A stretch of 63,034 nucleotides of DNA, the filler included, from Diploschistes diacapsis (Eukaryota), in assembly GCA_023645945.1 (NCBI GenBank). It is 11 parts of 11 records of this genome, joined end to end, with 100 filler letters (N's around TTAATTAATTAA, not from the genome) between each part and the next. Parts side by side here need not be neighbours in the genome. Positions count along the whole stretch, not along the records: positions 59,474 to 63,034 come from JALAIB010001890.1; 10 more parts are not named here. One strand, written 5' to 3'. Made by a program: the position numbers and the translations under genes. This document shows positions 60,754 to 63,034 of the stretch, one piece after another. Each line of letters starts with the position of its first letter. The first letter of the stretch is position 1. The notes under the pieces are model-generated. The model worked only from the letters and a program-made list of their open reading frames with translations, had not been told where the DNA came from and made no database searches.

Positions 60754-63034
60754 TGTAAACATAAAAGTAGGCCGTAGACTTGGTGGGGGTGGTCCCCACA
60801 GGGCAGCTCCATTTAAGGAGGCTTGCTAGGTAGCTTTAGACAATCAATGCATCCTATACCTTACAAATGTCTTATCTAGGTATGCTATTGATTACGAGAT
60901 TACACTATATTCACTTACGACTATTTTCCTATTACAGCAAAAGAAGTCTCCCTAGACAGCGCGTTTTGTATTTATAATAAAAACTAATCTGAGGACTTGT
61001 TTAAGGACCCTTCTACATCTTGCGAAAGGTAAGGAGAAGGTTATAATCTAAAAGCTCCAGATATAATAAAAAGACATTATTTATAAGAATATAAAAAGAA
61101 AAAGGAAAGAGACATTTAATTATCCCTAAATGGCCTACCAGTATTGGAAGGATAAAAGAATAAAATTTAGTTAAGATATATTCAGAAGGTTAGGCTGCGG
61201 ATAGATAGAATATTAAAAAAGAATTAGAAGTTAAAGATTATCGATATTAAAAACGATAAACATTATTGGCTCGAGTTACTCGATACCGGACGGAAATTAA
61301 ATAAATTGATCAGGATTACGCGAATATAAATACGAGAGAAATGAGATCGAATACGAATAAACATCTTAAACAGGATAATACGAATACGAACGGTAAAGAA
61401 CAGAAATCGAATACGAGTTTTAAGAAAGAACAGTAAAAAATAAATAAACAAAAGAATCAATATTATCGGAACGAGAAAACCAGAAAACAAAAAAAAGAAA
61501 AAAAAAGAGAAGAACAACAAAAGAATAAGACGGATATAAAGAACAAGGAAAGAAAGTTTGGTATATTATTAAAGCCAGGGGCTTTACAGTAAAAAGAATA
61601 AGAGAAAGTATAATATTATGATTCTAAAAAGGAATCAAAAGAATATAAAAAGAAGATAATAAAACAGCGTAAAGGATTAAATAAGGAATATCGTTCCTCT
61701 TCTTCTTTGAATTATTTATAGATTAACCCGGAAAACTATTCACGGATTATCGCGTCTTTCTTTCTCTCGTAATTAACTTACAATTCCCTTCAAGCATTAA
61801 TAATATTAGGGACCCCTAGAGTGTTCTACTCGATCACGATCAATATAAAAGCGATATATCGTGATTCTAAATCTAAAATCTTATTAGAAACAGACAGTTA
61901 GCCCGATACTATACTTTCGAAAAAAAGCGAGCAATTAAGAACGTTTATACAAGAAAAATCGCTATTACCGAATGGACCGTCTACGGATGCAAGGTCAGAG
62001 TTACTTCTAATACATACGGCCTAGAATGTTTTGATACCGACGACGAGCATAAGTATTCTTTCTTACTAGCATCCCGTTCCTAAATTAGGTATTACGGGAA
62101 CTCCTTTCTTTACTAATAAGGATATGTCAAAATTTATTACCCAATAAGAAAGATTCTGTCGGAAATACTTTATAACGATAAAGGATTTCTTTGTCCGCCT
62201 GCTTAACTACAGTAAAGAATCTATTAATATATTAATTAAAACGTCTCCTAAATTTACTAAGCGCGACTGGGCTACTTTAAAGAAGGCTTTACTTCGGGAT
62301 TATGCTTACCTTGACACTCGACAGTAGATGAACACCAAAACCTATCTAATAAAATTAATTACGAAATATCGCAATAGTCAAGAAAGACTCTAAAGCTTTT
62401 GTTCTAGATTTGAAACTATGACCAGAAACCTCTTTAGGCAGGATATCCTTTCCGGACGAAAGGTAGTTACTATCCTTATCTATAACTTATCGGAGAAAGA
62501 AGCTTAGAAACTGCTGTATAAGCATCCGGTTTTAAAACATAATTTTAATTCCTATAACTTTAAAACGATCATTAAGTATGTACGAGGATGATATAATGGA
62601 GATCTCAGCTTCCGTATCTTTCGATCTTAAAAAAATACTGGATTTATATAAGATATTCTTGATAGGTAACATAACTCGAAAAGATATACGCTTCTAAAAG
62701 ATAAGAAGAGTAAAGTCGACAGTATGGAACCTATAAATAATTCAAGGGACATCTTTAAAGATCTTATGAACAAGTTTATAAAAAAGAATGAAGACATGTT
62801 TGAAAAGAAGAGGGAAGGAATGATAAGAGATTTTAAAAACATGGTTTTAAGCGCGTAAATCAATCATATGCCCGTTATTAACGGTCTATATCGTCCCTTT
62901 ATTCCTAACGCGTCTTATTTAGCTCCTATTAAGTTCTATCAGTTTCAAGCAACTCGTCCTCCTCTAACTTAACTTAATCAAAATAGATAACCTTAGGATA
63001 CTATGTTTAATCGAGGTCCTACAATTTGTTACTT
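60754..63034 (+). mobile_element. LTR (~60754-61017, TG...CA) plus gag-like region of a Gypsy-type retrotransposon, RIP-degraded
   Basis: TGTAAACA..TTCTACA segment, then GITGTPFFTNKDMSKFITQ*ERFC..RLLNYS..KRDWATLKKALLRDYAYLDTRQ (~62090-62330), resembling a fungal retroelement gag. Confidence 0.65.

Overview
This is eukaryotic DNA from a filamentous ascomycete (Pezizomycotina-type genes, GT..AG introns, RIP-like AT-rich transposon relics). It is not one locus. Eleven contigs are joined by ten identical artificial 100-nt linkers (N44-TTAATTAATTAA-N44), and the nine complete internal contigs run in descending length order (3607 to 3572 nt), so adjacency across linkers means nothing. Contig 1 (1-26158) holds a fully decayed secondary-metabolite cluster: a carnitine-acyltransferase-like gene, a fungal-specific transcription factor hit by a PIF/Harbinger transposon, a highly reducing PKS and a P450. 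Intact DEP1, NOP12, a tail-anchored protein with a LIR-like motif and an MNN10-like GT34 follow. The short contigs carry ATP synthase subunit g, a TRK transporter, RRP43, an OSGIN-like flavoprotein, a small secreted protein, an FAD monooxygenase, a PTH11-like fragment and several Gypsy, Copia and hAT-like relics. There are two highlights. (1) An intact viperin (RSAD2-like radical SAM) gene lies head-to-head, 321 bp away, with a divergent UMP-CMP-kinase-family gene. This is a candidate two-gene fungal antiviral ddhNTP module that parallels vertebrate RSAD2-CMPK2. (2) One 3.6-kb contig has two unexplained arrays of conserved ~50-nt cores separated by unique spacers.
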